From Nageia nagi (lineage: Eukaryota > Plantae > Pinophyta): a stretch of DNA of 64,000 nucleotides. The position numbers were made by a program, and so were the translations under genes. The stretch lies in contig JBITNC010000001.1 in NCBI GenBank assembly GCA_050084985.1, positions 12,152,001 to 12,216,000 of the forward strand, written 5' to 3'. The notes under the pieces were generated by a model, which was not told the origin of the DNA, did no database searches, and saw nothing but the letters and a program-made list of their open reading frames with translations. Positions 1-12,657 of the stretch are shown here, in pieces; the first letter of the stretch is position 1, and the number at the start of each line of letters is the position of its first letter.

Positions 1-281
1 ATTACTTCCAAGTTGTAACACTCCAAATGTAGCCATAAATATTTTGATTAAATAAGATAAGTTGGAAGTGCCCAAGGAGTTCTTCAGTTTTGGAAAATTT
101 GTAAAATGAAAGGATAGAAGAACAAACCTACAAGCTATAATAGTACAATAAGGTTATCAATTGTGTGTTAATACTAAGAAGAGTAAGCAAGCAAGAGGAG
201 AAAAGTGGAGTTAGAGCTTGGAAGACCAGTGTAAACCCACATTATCACCATAATCAAAGAGAAGAAAATTGTTAAACTTCA

Positions 282-2115
282 TGTGACACTGAGAGGGGGG
301 TGAATTAGTGTGTCTAAAACCTAAATGCAAATTTTTTACTTTTGAAACCAAGGTAATGCAAAACTGAAATCAAATGAGCAAGCACATGAAAAACAACACA
401 CAACGCAAGATGTAATGAGGTTCACCAATTTGGCTACATCCTTGGAAATGACTACTTGGACTCCAATCCTAATCCAACTATAAAAATATTACAATATTTT
501 GTTGCACCCATTGTAAAGAATAGCATCAACTACTCTATCATTATGCAACACCAATTACAAGGAGCACCGATCCTCTCACTAAGCACCCACTTGATGAACT
601 CAAATAAAGAAGATAAATGATTGATTACAATTCACACAAGATCTTGAATGATCTAGCTCAAAAACATAGCCTCTTCATCTACTCACTCTTTAATCATTTC
701 TATTCATTTTTAAAAACTCCACCACCAAATTTGTATCTTATACTATTCCATTCTACACACCTATTAGCTAAAAATGCCCCAAAATGGATAAAGAAGTTGT
801 TGCTAAAATACTAGAAGGATTGCTGTTACTCAAACCAAGAAAACATCTTTAATTCTGATTCAAAACTTTTATTAATTCTTACACATTTATAGAACTCTCA
901 ACATTTGTAGAATTATAAAGAAATCATTCCTTGTAAACACATTCATTACTCACATATACTTCACACACTACTCAAAATAATACTACACTGCCAACACACA
1001 AATTGAGGAAAATCAAAATATGACCAAACTAGTTCATGAAAATACATTGATTGGATCCAAAACATGTGTTCCAATTCCATTTGGCATGAAATGGTATTAG
1101 GAGTTTTGCATAAGTGTCGAATGACCTCTAATAACTTGTATTTGTTTTAGATATTCTCAATAGAAAATAGTTTTCAAAAGAGACAATATCATAAAAACTC
1201 TCCAATCTAAAAAATGGGAGTGTTATTTCTTTTCACAAGAAATAAAATATATTCTCAAAAAATTATTCACCCAACAATTAAACTTAGTCCAAAAGTATTC
1301 AGCCACATGTCACTTGGAGAGAGAAAATAATTACACACAAGGATATCTCGAAGAATTTGCCAAGTGTTATAACTAGACTAGATGCATTTCATCAAACATT
1401 TTACAAGTTTTTTCAAACACCATAGCAAGCATTTCATCAAACATTTCACTGCCAAAAGTGGTCTCAACAATTAGCAAAAATTATGCCTTTCATTTCGTCA
1501 AGCACATACTAGGCATCCTTGTTCACTGACTTCTAAACCTTGGATTGAGATGAACCAAAAATTAAATTTGTGAGATTTTTTGTGTTGATTACAAATATAC
1601 AACCAAAAATCAAATATCTAAAATCAAACTCATGAAATTGCTTTTTTTCTTTGCTATCCCAAAAAGTGCACCAAATTGCAAAAAAGTTACTAAGTGGCAT
1701 TTTGTAACTTGTACCATTTCTTCCTTGGTTTCCACCTTGATGAAAAATTTGGATCACATATTTTTGGTATATAGTACTATATGTGTTCTAAATTTCAGCC
1801 TCTGATTCATCACCATTGGCTTGCAATTTGATTTGCATGAAGCTAATTTCACCCAGATTTTTGACTTCTCCAAAATCCATAAGAATGCTCTAAAATGTAG
1901 CAACATGAAATTTGACCATTCCAATTTACGTTTTGGCCCCCTTAACAGCTTTTGGTAACTAATGACAACTTTTGGTCCCTTTATTGTTTTTATGTCCAAC
2001 AACTTTACAAATATTATCAACATCATTCCTATGATATGTGTAACCATGGAAACCTTATGCAAAATAATCTCATCATGTTGATAATAATGATAACATTGCT
2101 GCATCATACTCAACA
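282..2115 (-). repeat. 3' LTR (~1.83 kb) of the copia element
   Basis: On the minus strand it starts TGTTG right after the PPT AAAGGGGGAGAT and ends ...ATTCACCCCCCCTCTCAGTGTCACA, a SIRE/Maximus-type LTR terminus. Confidence 0.8.
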
Positions 2116-2128
2116 ATCTCCCCCTTTG
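2116..2128 (-). promoter_or_regulatory. Polypurine tract of the copia element (extra PPT-like copies at ~2166-2177 and ~2299-2310)
   Basis: Plus-strand atctccccctttg abuts the LTR start. Confidence 0.8.
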
Positions 2129-2330
2129 GAATTGTTGGCAACACACACAAAAGCTTATTACTCTTCTCTCCCTTTGAAAACAAATACAAAGGGGTGACTT
2201 GGACTCTTGTTGAGTCCATACACAAAATATTTAGGTGCAAATCAATATATAAGAGAAAATAATTATACAGGGGCCAAAAGATGAAAAAGTACAAAATTAC
2301 TCCCCATGAGATTGTGTGCCCAAAAGCTAG

Positions 2331-3432
2331 TCAATGCCTAGGCAATGTCACCACTCCCAATCTCTTTTGTTGGTACTCAAAATTTCCTTGGGTAATGGTT
2401 TAGTAAAGATATGTGCTACTTGCTCTGATGTGTGAACAAATTCCAACTTTACCTCTCCTTAATGCAACCTTTTTCTTCAAAAAATGGTACCAAATGGTAA
2501 TGTATTTCATTCTTGAATGGATGATCGAATTCTTAGAAATATTGATTGCACTTGTGTTATAACACATAACTAAGATGGGCATAGTGATCATTCATCAATT
2601 ATTTCTTACACAAAACATATGTACAATATGATGTTGTTGCTATGTACTTTGCTTTTGTTATGGATAATAATATCGATTCCTATTTCTTACTATGCCAACC
2701 AACAAGATTGTTACCTAAGTAAAATGCACCACAACTAGTGTTCTTCCTATCATCTACACACCCTGTCCAGTCTACATCTAAGAAAGTAATGAGTGTGAAA
2801 TCCTTTCCCTTGGAATACCATAGATCATATTCCATTGTACCTTTGAGGTATCAAAAAATCTACTTTACTGTGGTCACATGTATCTCCTTTGGATTAGCTT
2901 GCAATTGTGCAACCATGCACAACGCTTGAAGTATGTTAGGTATGATAGTTTTTACATACAATATGCTCCTAATCATTGACCTATACATAGTATGATCCAC
3001 TAATGGGGACTTATCATCCTTACTAAGCTTGCAACCTATCATCATAGGAGTGCTCACAAGCTTGCAATCCTCTATAGTGAACTTTTTTAGCATCTCCTTT
3101 ACATACTTGATTTGTGAAATAAAAATACCATTCTTCAACTGATTAACTTCTAAACCAAGAAAATATAAAAGTTCACCTATCATTGACATCTTAAACTCTA
3201 TTTGCATTTGGTTAGCAAAGTCTTTGCATATTTCATCCTTGCTACCTCCAAAAATAATATCATCAACATAAACAACAATGATAACTTGATGATTATTTAC
3301 ATATTTAATGTAGAGATTACTATACACCATACTTTTTTTGAGACCCTGCTAATGAAGATATGCATAAAGCCTAGAGTACCATGCTTGGGGGGCTTATTTT
3401 AAATCATAAAGTGCCTTTTTCAGTTTGCACAC
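2331..3432 (-). pseudogene. Copia RT C-terminal half and RNase H, decayed
   Basis: VCKLKKALY.LK.AP, YVDDIIFGG, YRSMIRSIL, SAINISKN.I.HSR.KYI; many stops and frameshifts. Confidence 0.92.
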
Positions 3433-4551
3433 TATTGGGGGTTTTTTCTTTCCTACCGCTGCAAGTTGGTAAGTGGTATCGTAGGGCTTAGTGGAAAGAT
3501 TCCAACACTTGAGTCTTAGGGCATTACCCCTATCCACTATGAGGACTATTTACCTCAAAGGTTAGAAAGTGAAGGGTGCATAGGCTAACTCAAGTGGTTT
3601 GGTAGAGATGTTTTAAGCTATTATTAACTCAAAATATAATTTTGTTAATCAAGGACTTCAAGGGTCCTTAATCCAAGTAAGATTATTTCTAGGAAGAAAA
3701 TAAAAATAAAATGTTTGTTGCAAAAGATGTGTATGGAAATAGAAAAAGAAATGAAAAGGTTATGAATAGATGGTGATATGTGAGTGGGACTCTAGGGCAA
3801 TGTTTTCACTAACTTGTGTAGATTTTGGAGACTAAACTTGCGTGGGTTTGGTCTAGGTTCGATGCATTCCTAATCCAACTTGAAGGATAACAACATGAAT
3901 GTCATGATAAGGGGAGTTTGAAGTTGAAACAATGGAAAGGCAAGATAGGTCATAGGTAGAACTTAATGATAGAATAAAATTCCTAGGTTAAACAACATAT
4001 GTGAGTTATCCTAGAAGACACTAATCCAAAGTGCAAACTATGGAACATTACAACTATACACCACTTGGAATATTTTATAAGATTTACAAGAACTCTTTTG
4101 TCCACCTTTTAGAAGATTTACAAAATGAACCAAAAATTCAAGATAGCATGGAGAAATAACACATAATCACATCCATAGCCTCAAATAAAAACATTTTAAC
4201 TTCAATCACTTGAGATTTATATCACAATTATGAAAAAAGAGAAACTTGGAAGTTTGGAAAAATAGTGTAAGTAGCCCAATTTTGCACAATATGTCTAATC
4301 CCCTACAAATGATCCAAAATGGGCTATATATAGTTTTAGAGCAACCTTAAGTGTCACCCTAACCCTAATTGCAACTTACAAGAAAAAAAATATGGTCCAA
4401 TCAAAATACACCATATGGTGTTACAAGATATCTTCCAAGTTTGTGGGAGCAAATCCTCATCCATCACAAATATGGAAATTATTAACAAATAAATTAAAGT
4501 TTGTAACATAACTATTAAATATAATAAAATATAATATAGTAAATATTGTGA

Positions 4552-7500
4552 CTAGGTGTTTGGTGGGCCTAACGTGTCTACACTCCCCTCAAAGTCATCA
4601 TCTAGGAATTTGGCTGTGAGCTCCAATCCATGTAGCATCTTTGATAACCTAGGCCTATTCTCAATCATGTAGTGCTCCACCTTGTCCATGATCCTCAACA
4701 TGTCCTTCTCCCATGCATGAGCTTTGAGAAAATGTTTCAAGTGAATACCAGTATGGAATATTTTCATATCTTCAATAATAATCAAACTATGAAAGAAGTG
4801 CCTCACTTCTGCCACCACTAGGTCCTTTTCTCAAATGCCTACATCATCATCAAGGAACTTTACCTAGAACTCCATTTCCTCATGATAAGTGTTTACTTTA
4901 TCATTGAGCTTTTGTACATCCTTTTGCACCTCTTAGAACCAAGTGGCTATCTAATTGACCACACCCAAATAGAACCAATATTCTTCATAGAACTTCATGT
5001 CTTATGGCTTATGATTCTATGTCATCTCAAACTACATGATGATATGCTGCCTAAAATCTAGGATTTTGAGAAAACTAGTTTTCTCCATAATGATATCTTT
5101 GAGCTTTTGCTCCTTGAATGATACCCTCTCTAGTGCTCCAATAAATCATTGAACTATTGCCAAAACCTCATCTATGTGCTTTTGTTTTACCACAAGCATA
5201 CCCTCCTTAAGTGGATTAATCTTTTCAAGTTCTTTGGTGGGTACCTTAGCTGACTTTGATTCTTTTGTCAACTTCTTCAGTGCAGTTAACTCCTTAAGAC
5301 CCTTAATCTCCTTATATTTCATCATACTATATTTGGTGATGGCCTCTATATTGGATATGATTGCATTTTTATAACCAACCAAACTAATTGAACCTATGTT
5401 AATGATTTAGTTAATCTACCTAAGGTCTTTAAGCCATTGTGGGTTCTCCTTATCAGCTACAATAGTCTTAATGTGTATTACATTATCAGCCAAGTGGACA
5501 TACATCTAGGATTTTTTCTAGATGGGTGGAGTTTCTCCTACTTGGTAATCCTTTTCCCCTGCTCCAAATTCTTCTTTGATGTTCATATTGAACACATCAA
5601 GGCACTCCTCATTGATGACACCCCACTCATTCCTAGGTGATGGCTAATAAGTATCCACCATGGCCTCCTAATTGGTAATAGTGTTCCTCTTTGTTCTCTT
5701 TGAGGGTTTCTCCTCTTATTATTCATCATGCTGATCAATTGAAGCTCTTATGGCTTGTGACTATGGAGTCCTCTTCAATTAAGCCCTCCTATGTACTATC
5801 TCTGATACTGGCTCTCTACTTATCTCTATAGATGGCCTTGACGTTGTTTTCCTACAAGCCTCCTTTAAATCTCCATAGACACATCATGTTAGTACACACT
5901 AGGGATCTCCTCATCTTGGAACATATTATACTCTTGTTCATCCTTTGATACTCCAATATCTCCTCCCTCTTAGTTTTCATTAGGCCTATAAGATGAACTA
6001 AAGGCTGCTAATCTAGATGGTGGTACAATAGGTGAAGTTGTAATTATGGTGGCTCTAAGTGGTTTAGGTGGTGGACAAGGATCTTTATGTCTATTTTGCA
6101 CACATCTTACTACCTTACCCATGGCCACATGCTCTATTTCCCTTGCATCATGATCATCCATGGTGGCTTGCACTTGTATAACTTGTTCAACTAGGTTATT
6201 ACCATGCATGGTTGCATACTACCCAACAAGTGTCTTATTTACTAGAGAAGATTGGGTGACCTTGGAAGTAGAATCTTGAATTCTTCTTCCTTTTTTATAC
6301 AATAATCTCTTGCTAATTATGGCTTCCATAGGGTGTTTCTCATCACTTACATTTTTTTGTACTCTTTCTCTTATCCTCTTTATCTCTACCTCATTATTGA
6401 TGTTTTGAAAAGGTTCCTCATCTACAAGTGGCTTATGTTCATAGGGTTTCTTCCTTTCCTTCATGAAGAATGAGTGAAACCTATGGTATAAATCATAGTG
6501 ATTAGTAGCAAGCATATTTTTGAAGTTGAACTTGGCTAATTCTTCTTTCATAGCATCCACATCTATCTAGAACTTACACTGATATTCCCATAATGATCAA
6601 TATATTTGATGTAGGTAGTTTCTTTTGCCATACCTATTTATGTAAAAAGGCCAATTACCTCATCATATCCATTAGTATAATCCTATTATTCATGAACCTT
6701 GGCAATTGATAAAGCTATACAACTAATCCATGTATAAAAATATAAGAAAAGCATTGGCGATGGAGGAAGAAGTTGCCATGCTTCTTGAAAACATCTTGGG
6801 TGGAATTGGAGAATCATGTAACTGCAATTTCTCCCTTAAGCTCCTTATATATCTCATATGACCATCCATCATTTTCAATTATGAAACTATCCCATATTCT
6901 CTCTAACTTCCATTTGGGATAGCACTTCCAAATAGAGTAAGTTCCTCTTTCATTCCAAGTTGTCTCACCCTATGTTGTAGTCTTGTACCTACCGTGGAGC
7001 AACATGTATACTAGGTATGAATTGAGGTAGAATGTATGGGTTATATCAATGGATGATAATTGATTAGCTATTTAGTTATTCAACACCTTGCTCCATTAGA
7101 TCCTTCTCCCTCTAGTAATCTCAAGAAAGAACCCAAAGAACTCCTTATAGAATTTTGAATTGTTTTCCTTCCTAAAAACTTTGGATAATAGGAGAATCAT
7201 TAACTCAACTATTGGGTAGAATTTGGAATGAGGATCATTGATGAGTGCATTTCCCTTCAACTCATGATGTTCTTCCAACATCCAAATCTTAATAGCAATA
7301 TATTCTCTAGGAGTCTCTTGGTAGCATATGAGTGACCTAGCATTGCTATATTCATATTCAACCTTGGAAGTTCATTGAAATACTACATTAATAGCTTTAG
7401 GGTGAAGGTGCATAATGATGTCTCATTTAATGTCTTGAACGATTCTCTCTCCCTTCTTCCAATGGTGACTAAATTCCATGCATAACTCATTGAATGGGAC

Positions 7501-7776
7501 TATGAATGGGTTTAATGTACAAGTGGAGAGCCTAGAGAAGAAGACAATATCCTACTTTAGGTTGATGAAAGGAAGCCCACCAATGCTCTCCCTCATTTGC
7601 ATGGGGTCAACATTTTTCCATTCTATTTCTTCAATAGTTGTAAAACCATTCCTTGAGAAAATGACCCCTTAGGGAAGGCCTTATTGTGTCTCACCAATGG
7701 AGATGATGTAATCCTATTTCAATTGCTCAAGATCCCTAGCAAAGTTAGGAGTTGAATTACCCTTAGAGGGTGTCAT
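4552..7776 (-). pseudogene. Decayed ~1,070-codon TE-associated ORF of unknown function
   Basis: Minus-strand ORF-track pieces 7096-7281, 6219-6560, 5970-6209, 5146-5382 and 4552-4818 join into one reading from ATG 7776 (MTPSKGNSTPNF...LLLSKVFRKE...FYLNSYLVYMLLH...HGNFFLHRQCFSYIFIHG..LYQLPRF...), interrupted by scattered stops. Confidence 0.7.
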
Positions 7777-8380
7777 GGTGTTTTCAATTGCAACATGGCT
7801 CTCCAAGGATGCTACATAGGTTTCCAAGTGAAAATGATCCCCACATGATGGTATCTAGCCTCTTAATTATTTATGCAAGCCTGAGGATGCATAAATGAAG
7901 ATGTTTGGATGCAAAAATATATAATTTCCTACTATTTTGGTGCAAGGGTAGAAGAGGACCAAGTTTTGAATTTGGGAAAATGAGGTCCCAAAGCTTGTAT
8001 TTATAGCTATTTTATCTTTCACCTTGCCATAATCATCTCGGGTTTCTATCAAAACTCATCATATTCCTTCATCTAGTTGACCTCAAGATATCTTCCAATC
8101 TAGAAACTCATGCATTGACTCTTATGCCTAGACATTGGGGTCTAGAAGGTCATCCAAGCTTGGTACATGGAAAAAGAAACAAGAGATAAAAAGTGACTTT
8201 TTTAAACTATTTAGTAGCCCTAGGAGGGAGTATGCTTCCAACATTGGGTATATTATTCATGTGCTTGCTTTCTTTAATCTTCCAACTCACTCATTAACCT
8301 AATTTTTCTTGATTTTTGGTCTTCCAACCAATTGAATTTGTCAATTTTGATGCTTCATTTCAAACTGGGCAACCTAGGAC

Positions 8381-9121
8381 CTTGGTGCATGCTTTCAAAA
8401 GTCAATATTGTGACTTTTTAATTCATGCACCAACCTTACCTACCCCTCCAACTTGGTTGTATAGTTCAAAAAGACAACATTTTATCTTTTTGAAACATGC
8501 ATCAACCTCCAGTTGATCTATTTTCCCATATTTGATCTTCAAGTAAATTTTCATGTTTCTCAAATCCTAGAAGCTTCCTAGGCTTGGTGCATGCCTTAAA
8601 AGTTAATAATTTATCTTTTTATATCATGTGCTTGCCCCTTAAGTATGCTTGAGTTGATTTTGAGTTCCCCAAGCCCATGACTTGTCTAAATTTTCACTTC
8701 TACTCGAATTGGGAGCCCTTTCAATCTTGGTGCATGGTTTGAAAAGATAAGATTTTATCTTTTAGAGGTATACACCAGCCTCCTAGGTGAATTAGGTTCT
8801 TTTTTGGTATTAAACCTTGCTTAATTTATCATCTTGGCCAAATCACATGGTTCAAAAAGATAAGATTTTATCTTATTGAAGCATGCACCAACCTTTTGGT
8901 GTCTTTGCCTTAGGATTTTTACACCTTCTTCTAGTCTAGTATGCTTCTTATATCTGGCATATGCCTAGGAAATTCAAATTTTTATCTCTTGGAAATATGC
9001 ACTTAACTTGCAAGTGCTTAGTTTCCATCTTGAAGCCCCATTTCTTGCTTGGACATCCTTTGGGACCAATCACATGCCTCAAAAAGATAAAAATATGACA
9101 TTTTGAGGCATGTGCCAAACC
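8381..9121. repeat. Array of seven ~55-bp imperfect palindromes with variable spacers
   Basis: Units start at about 8381, 8452, 8583, 8726, 8839, 8953 and 9066. Approximate consensus CTTGGTGCATGGTTCAAAAAGATAAGATTTTATCTTTTTGAAGCATGCACCAACC. Confidence 0.85.
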
Positions 9122-9423
9122 TTAGAGATGTCTAGTTTAACTTAATTAAGATCTTACTTAACTTGGACTCCCTAGTTCTCCTAAGATCAACTTTTACCCT
9201 TGTTAGACTTAGCCATTTTTAAGTAATTTGCAATTTCTATTTTTATGAGACTAACTCTAACAAGGAAAGAAGCTTGAACTATAAGGGGTTTTCCATGAAT
9301 TTGGGTCTAGGTGACACAACTTGGGGGAGTGAAGATGATGACAAAATGAAGTATATACAAAGGTGTGTTTGAGGGTCCCCAAAATTATAGTATTTTGGGG
9401 CATGTTGTATTTTAGTTATAACA

Positions 9424-12400
9424 CACATAAAATTTGGGTTCTCACTTATCTAAAATCTATCCAATTGCTCAATGTATACTTTCTCCTCAAGCTTTCCATT
9501 TAAAAATGTTGATTTTACATCCATATGATAAACCTTGAAGTTCTTGTACATAGCCAAAGTAAGAAACATGTGAATAGCCTCTAATCTACCCATAAGAGCA
9601 AAGGTTTCTTCAAAATAAATACCTTCAACATGAGGATACCCTTTGTAAACCAACCTTTCTTTATTTCTTATTACTTTCCCATATTCATTAAGTTTGTTGT
9701 GAAAAGCCCACTTGGTGCCAATCATATTTTTGTTCTTGGACCTTGGTAACAACTCCCAAGTCTGATTCTTTTCAATTTGGTATAACTCCTCATCCATTGC
9801 CTTGATCCAACTCTCATATTGACTTGCCTTTGTAACATTCTTTAGTTATATACTTGAAAGAAGGGAATATGTTCTTATTGTTCTTCTCCTTATCTAAATT
9901 CCAGTATCTGGATCTCTAATTATTTTTTCGCTTGGATGATCCTTTTCCCATTTACCTATTTTGTGTTTCTAGTTTCCCTCCATTTCTAAATCAATGTGTG
10001 AGTCATTAGAACCACTCTTTGGTTTCTTTTTTGGTTGTTTCTCTACCTTATCTACCTTGATGTAATCTTGATAAACCAAAAAAATTTCATCATTGCCTTT
10101 TGGAGGTATTCACATCTCATCAATCTTAACATCTACAATCTCAACAATTTTCTTGATTATTTTGTTGTAACACTTGTAAGCCTTGATTTTTATTGAGTAA
10201 CCAAGGAATACACCTTCATATGCTCTATCATCAAACTTGCCAAGATTTTATTTCATCCTCTTGATGTATCACTTACTCCCAAAGACTTTGAAGTATCTTC
10301 TTGATGCCTTTTTTCTGAACCATAACTCATAAGGTTTCCTATTCTCATGGGTCCTCAACATACACTTGTTTTAAATATAAACCATTATGTAGACTATTTA
10401 TTTCCAAAACCTATTAGCTATTTTGCTTTTTATCAACATTGTTTATGTCGTTTCTTGAACTGACCTATTCTTTCTTTCTACCATACCATTTTGTTGAGGT
10501 GTCATTACTGTAGAAAATTATCTCCTAATACCATACTTGTGATAAAACTCATTGAAATAATCTCACCTCCTCTATCTGATCTCAAACATTTGATCCACCT
10601 TCCAATTTGATTTTCTATTTGATTCTTGAAGGTCTCAAATTTTTCAAGTGCTTATGACTTGTGCTTCAAAAACAATATCCATGTCATCCTAAAATAGTCA
10701 TCTATGCATAACATAAAGTACATATCCCTATTTATACTTTACATCCTCATAGGACCACATAAATCAGTATGAACAAGCTCTAGGTGTTTGCAAGAATAAT
10801 ATTGCTTTGTGTTGAAAGTGGATCTAGTGAGGTTACCATTTTGACATGAAGAATAAAGACTATTTGGTGGTTTCCTAATACTTGGAGTATCTTGAATTGG
10901 CCCCTTAGAATATATTTTGACTAAGTTATCAAAGCTAATGTGTCCAAGCCTCTTGTGCCAATGCCAATATTTATCCTCCCTTCTAACAAAGCATGATCCC
11001 TCTAAAGTCTCTATTAGTGTATACACATTTTCAAAATTCCTTGTGCCAATTGCTACCAATTTACCATTATCTTCTTGTCTAATTTTGCATCTTCACCTTT
11101 TAAAAATCATGTTATGACCTATATCATAATTCTTACTTACACTTAACAAGTTATATTTTAGACCAATCATAAATAAAACCTCTTCTAATCTGATTTTACC
11201 ATCACTTATCTTCACTATCCCTTTACCAACTATCTTTGCTCCATCATTATTCCCAAATTTGACTGAACCTCCTTCATATTGTTGCAACTTTCCAAATTTT
11301 TGTTTATCATCTATCATATGACTTGAACATCCACTATTTACCAGCCACGAAGTTGTTTTATTCTATGCTTTAAGAGCTATTTGTACTATCAAGGATTCTT
11401 TTTCTTATTTTGACTTTTTCTTCTCTTTCCATTCCTTCTTGATACTTATCTTGATTTCCTATATTATCTCTTCCTATTTGGTTTATTGTACCTATCTCTT
11501 TGGAATCTTTCTATTTTGTTTCATGCCCTATGACTAAAAAGATCTTTGTTGAAATTGATTGGAAGAGAATATACTCTTGCAGTTTCTTGCAATGTGACCA
11601 TAGTTGTGATAGTTATAACATTCTATATCATAATCCATCAATGGTGCAAATATGTTTCTACTTGAGAAGTTTCTTGGACTTATATTATATTTGCACTAAG
11701 AGATTCTATATCCATACCCATTGCACTTAAAATAATAACTAGAAAAGGATTGAGTGAACCTGGGTTGTGGGCTTTACTACGTTATAGCAGGTACTAAAAA
11801 TCTTCTTCTATTTTGATGTGCTACATGTCTGAATCCATCATTGTCCATATTTCTATCATTTCTAGTAGTATTATTTTGCCTTGCATAATATGGTTTTGCT
11901 TGATTGATTGGTTTCTTTTCTTCCTTGATTTCTATTTTTTTATCTATATATTTGGAGGTGTTTTCTTCTTCAAAACCTAGACCAAATTTAATATTTAGTG
12001 ATCTTTGGCTCTTTAGCATTTCATCTAACTTTAAAGATCCTCTCTCAAGTTTATGATACTCACTAATCTTATGACTCATCTCTTCTAGATGAATACCCAA
12101 CTTTGTAATCTTTGCTTCTAATTTGTTGCACTACTCAACTTTGGTAGTGAGTTGTTATTCAAGATCCTTAGTTATTTTTTGCATTTCTTCTACTTGTACT
12201 TTTAAGCTTATGATGATTTCATTTGCATCATCAAGTTTTTGAGAAGTTTTCTTATGCCTCTTCCTTTCTATCTCTAATTCTTCTAGAGCTGCAATTAGTT
12301 ATCTTTCCAGATTGACTTCTGCTTCAATTTCTTCTTCCAATTTTTGTTTCATTTTTGGTTTTTCCTCTTCAAATGCCATGAACAGAGCTTCATCAAACTC

Positions 12401-12657
12401 TTCTTTTGAGTCTTCATTTGAATTGGCTTTTGATTAACTAATATTCATGGAAATAAAGCTTTTCTTCTTGAAATTACCTTTTATGAAATTCAATTTTATC
12501 TTCCAGTCACTTCTCTCTCTATGCAAACTTTCATCATCTTGGTTCTTTCCTTTATGTAGACATTTCTCTATAAAATGCCCTACATCTCCATAATTGAAAT
12601 ATTTAAAAGGCAATTTCCTTTTTCTTTGTGTAGACATTTCTCTACAAAATGCCCTAA
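9424..12657 (-). pseudogene. Copia gag-protease-integrase-RT N-terminal region, decayed
   Basis: MDEELYQIEKNQTWEL..IGTKW, MDVKSTFLNG, WHKRLGHISF, VHTDLCGPM, VKFGNN..KIVGKG, and a CCHC knuckle. Confidence 0.92.

Larger units (their letters stand above)
3433..9423 (-). mobile_element. ~5.99 kb solo-LTR-like insertion carrying a long decayed ORF
   Basis: Plus-strand ends are tattggggg (decayed TG) and ...ttataaca. TSD is cacac (3428-3432) / cacat (9424-9428). Removing the unit restores the host RT reading ...ENPNF-VCKLKKALY. No gag/pol and no second terminal copy seen. Confidence 0.8.
282..12657 (-). mobile_element. Ty1/copia LTR retrotransposon, SIRE/Maximus-like, 5'-truncated in gag and interrupted by a 6 kb insertion at 3433-9423
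   Basis: Minus-strand domain order is gag zinc knuckle (PFKYFNYGDVGHFIEKC), protease (WLVNSGCSSHM), GAG-pre-integrase (WHKRLGHI), integrase (LELVHTDLCGP), RT (YVDDIIFG), RNase H, PPT, then 3' LTR. Confidence 0.9.

Noticed and set aside
15-281. LTR start (tgtaacactcc)
   Set aside because: Only a terminal-like motif; no partner or internal evidence in the window.
8381-9121. True CRISPR array
   Set aside because: Eukaryotic TE context, no cas genes, degenerate repeats and spacer lengths from 16 to 88 bp. Kept as a palindrome array instead.
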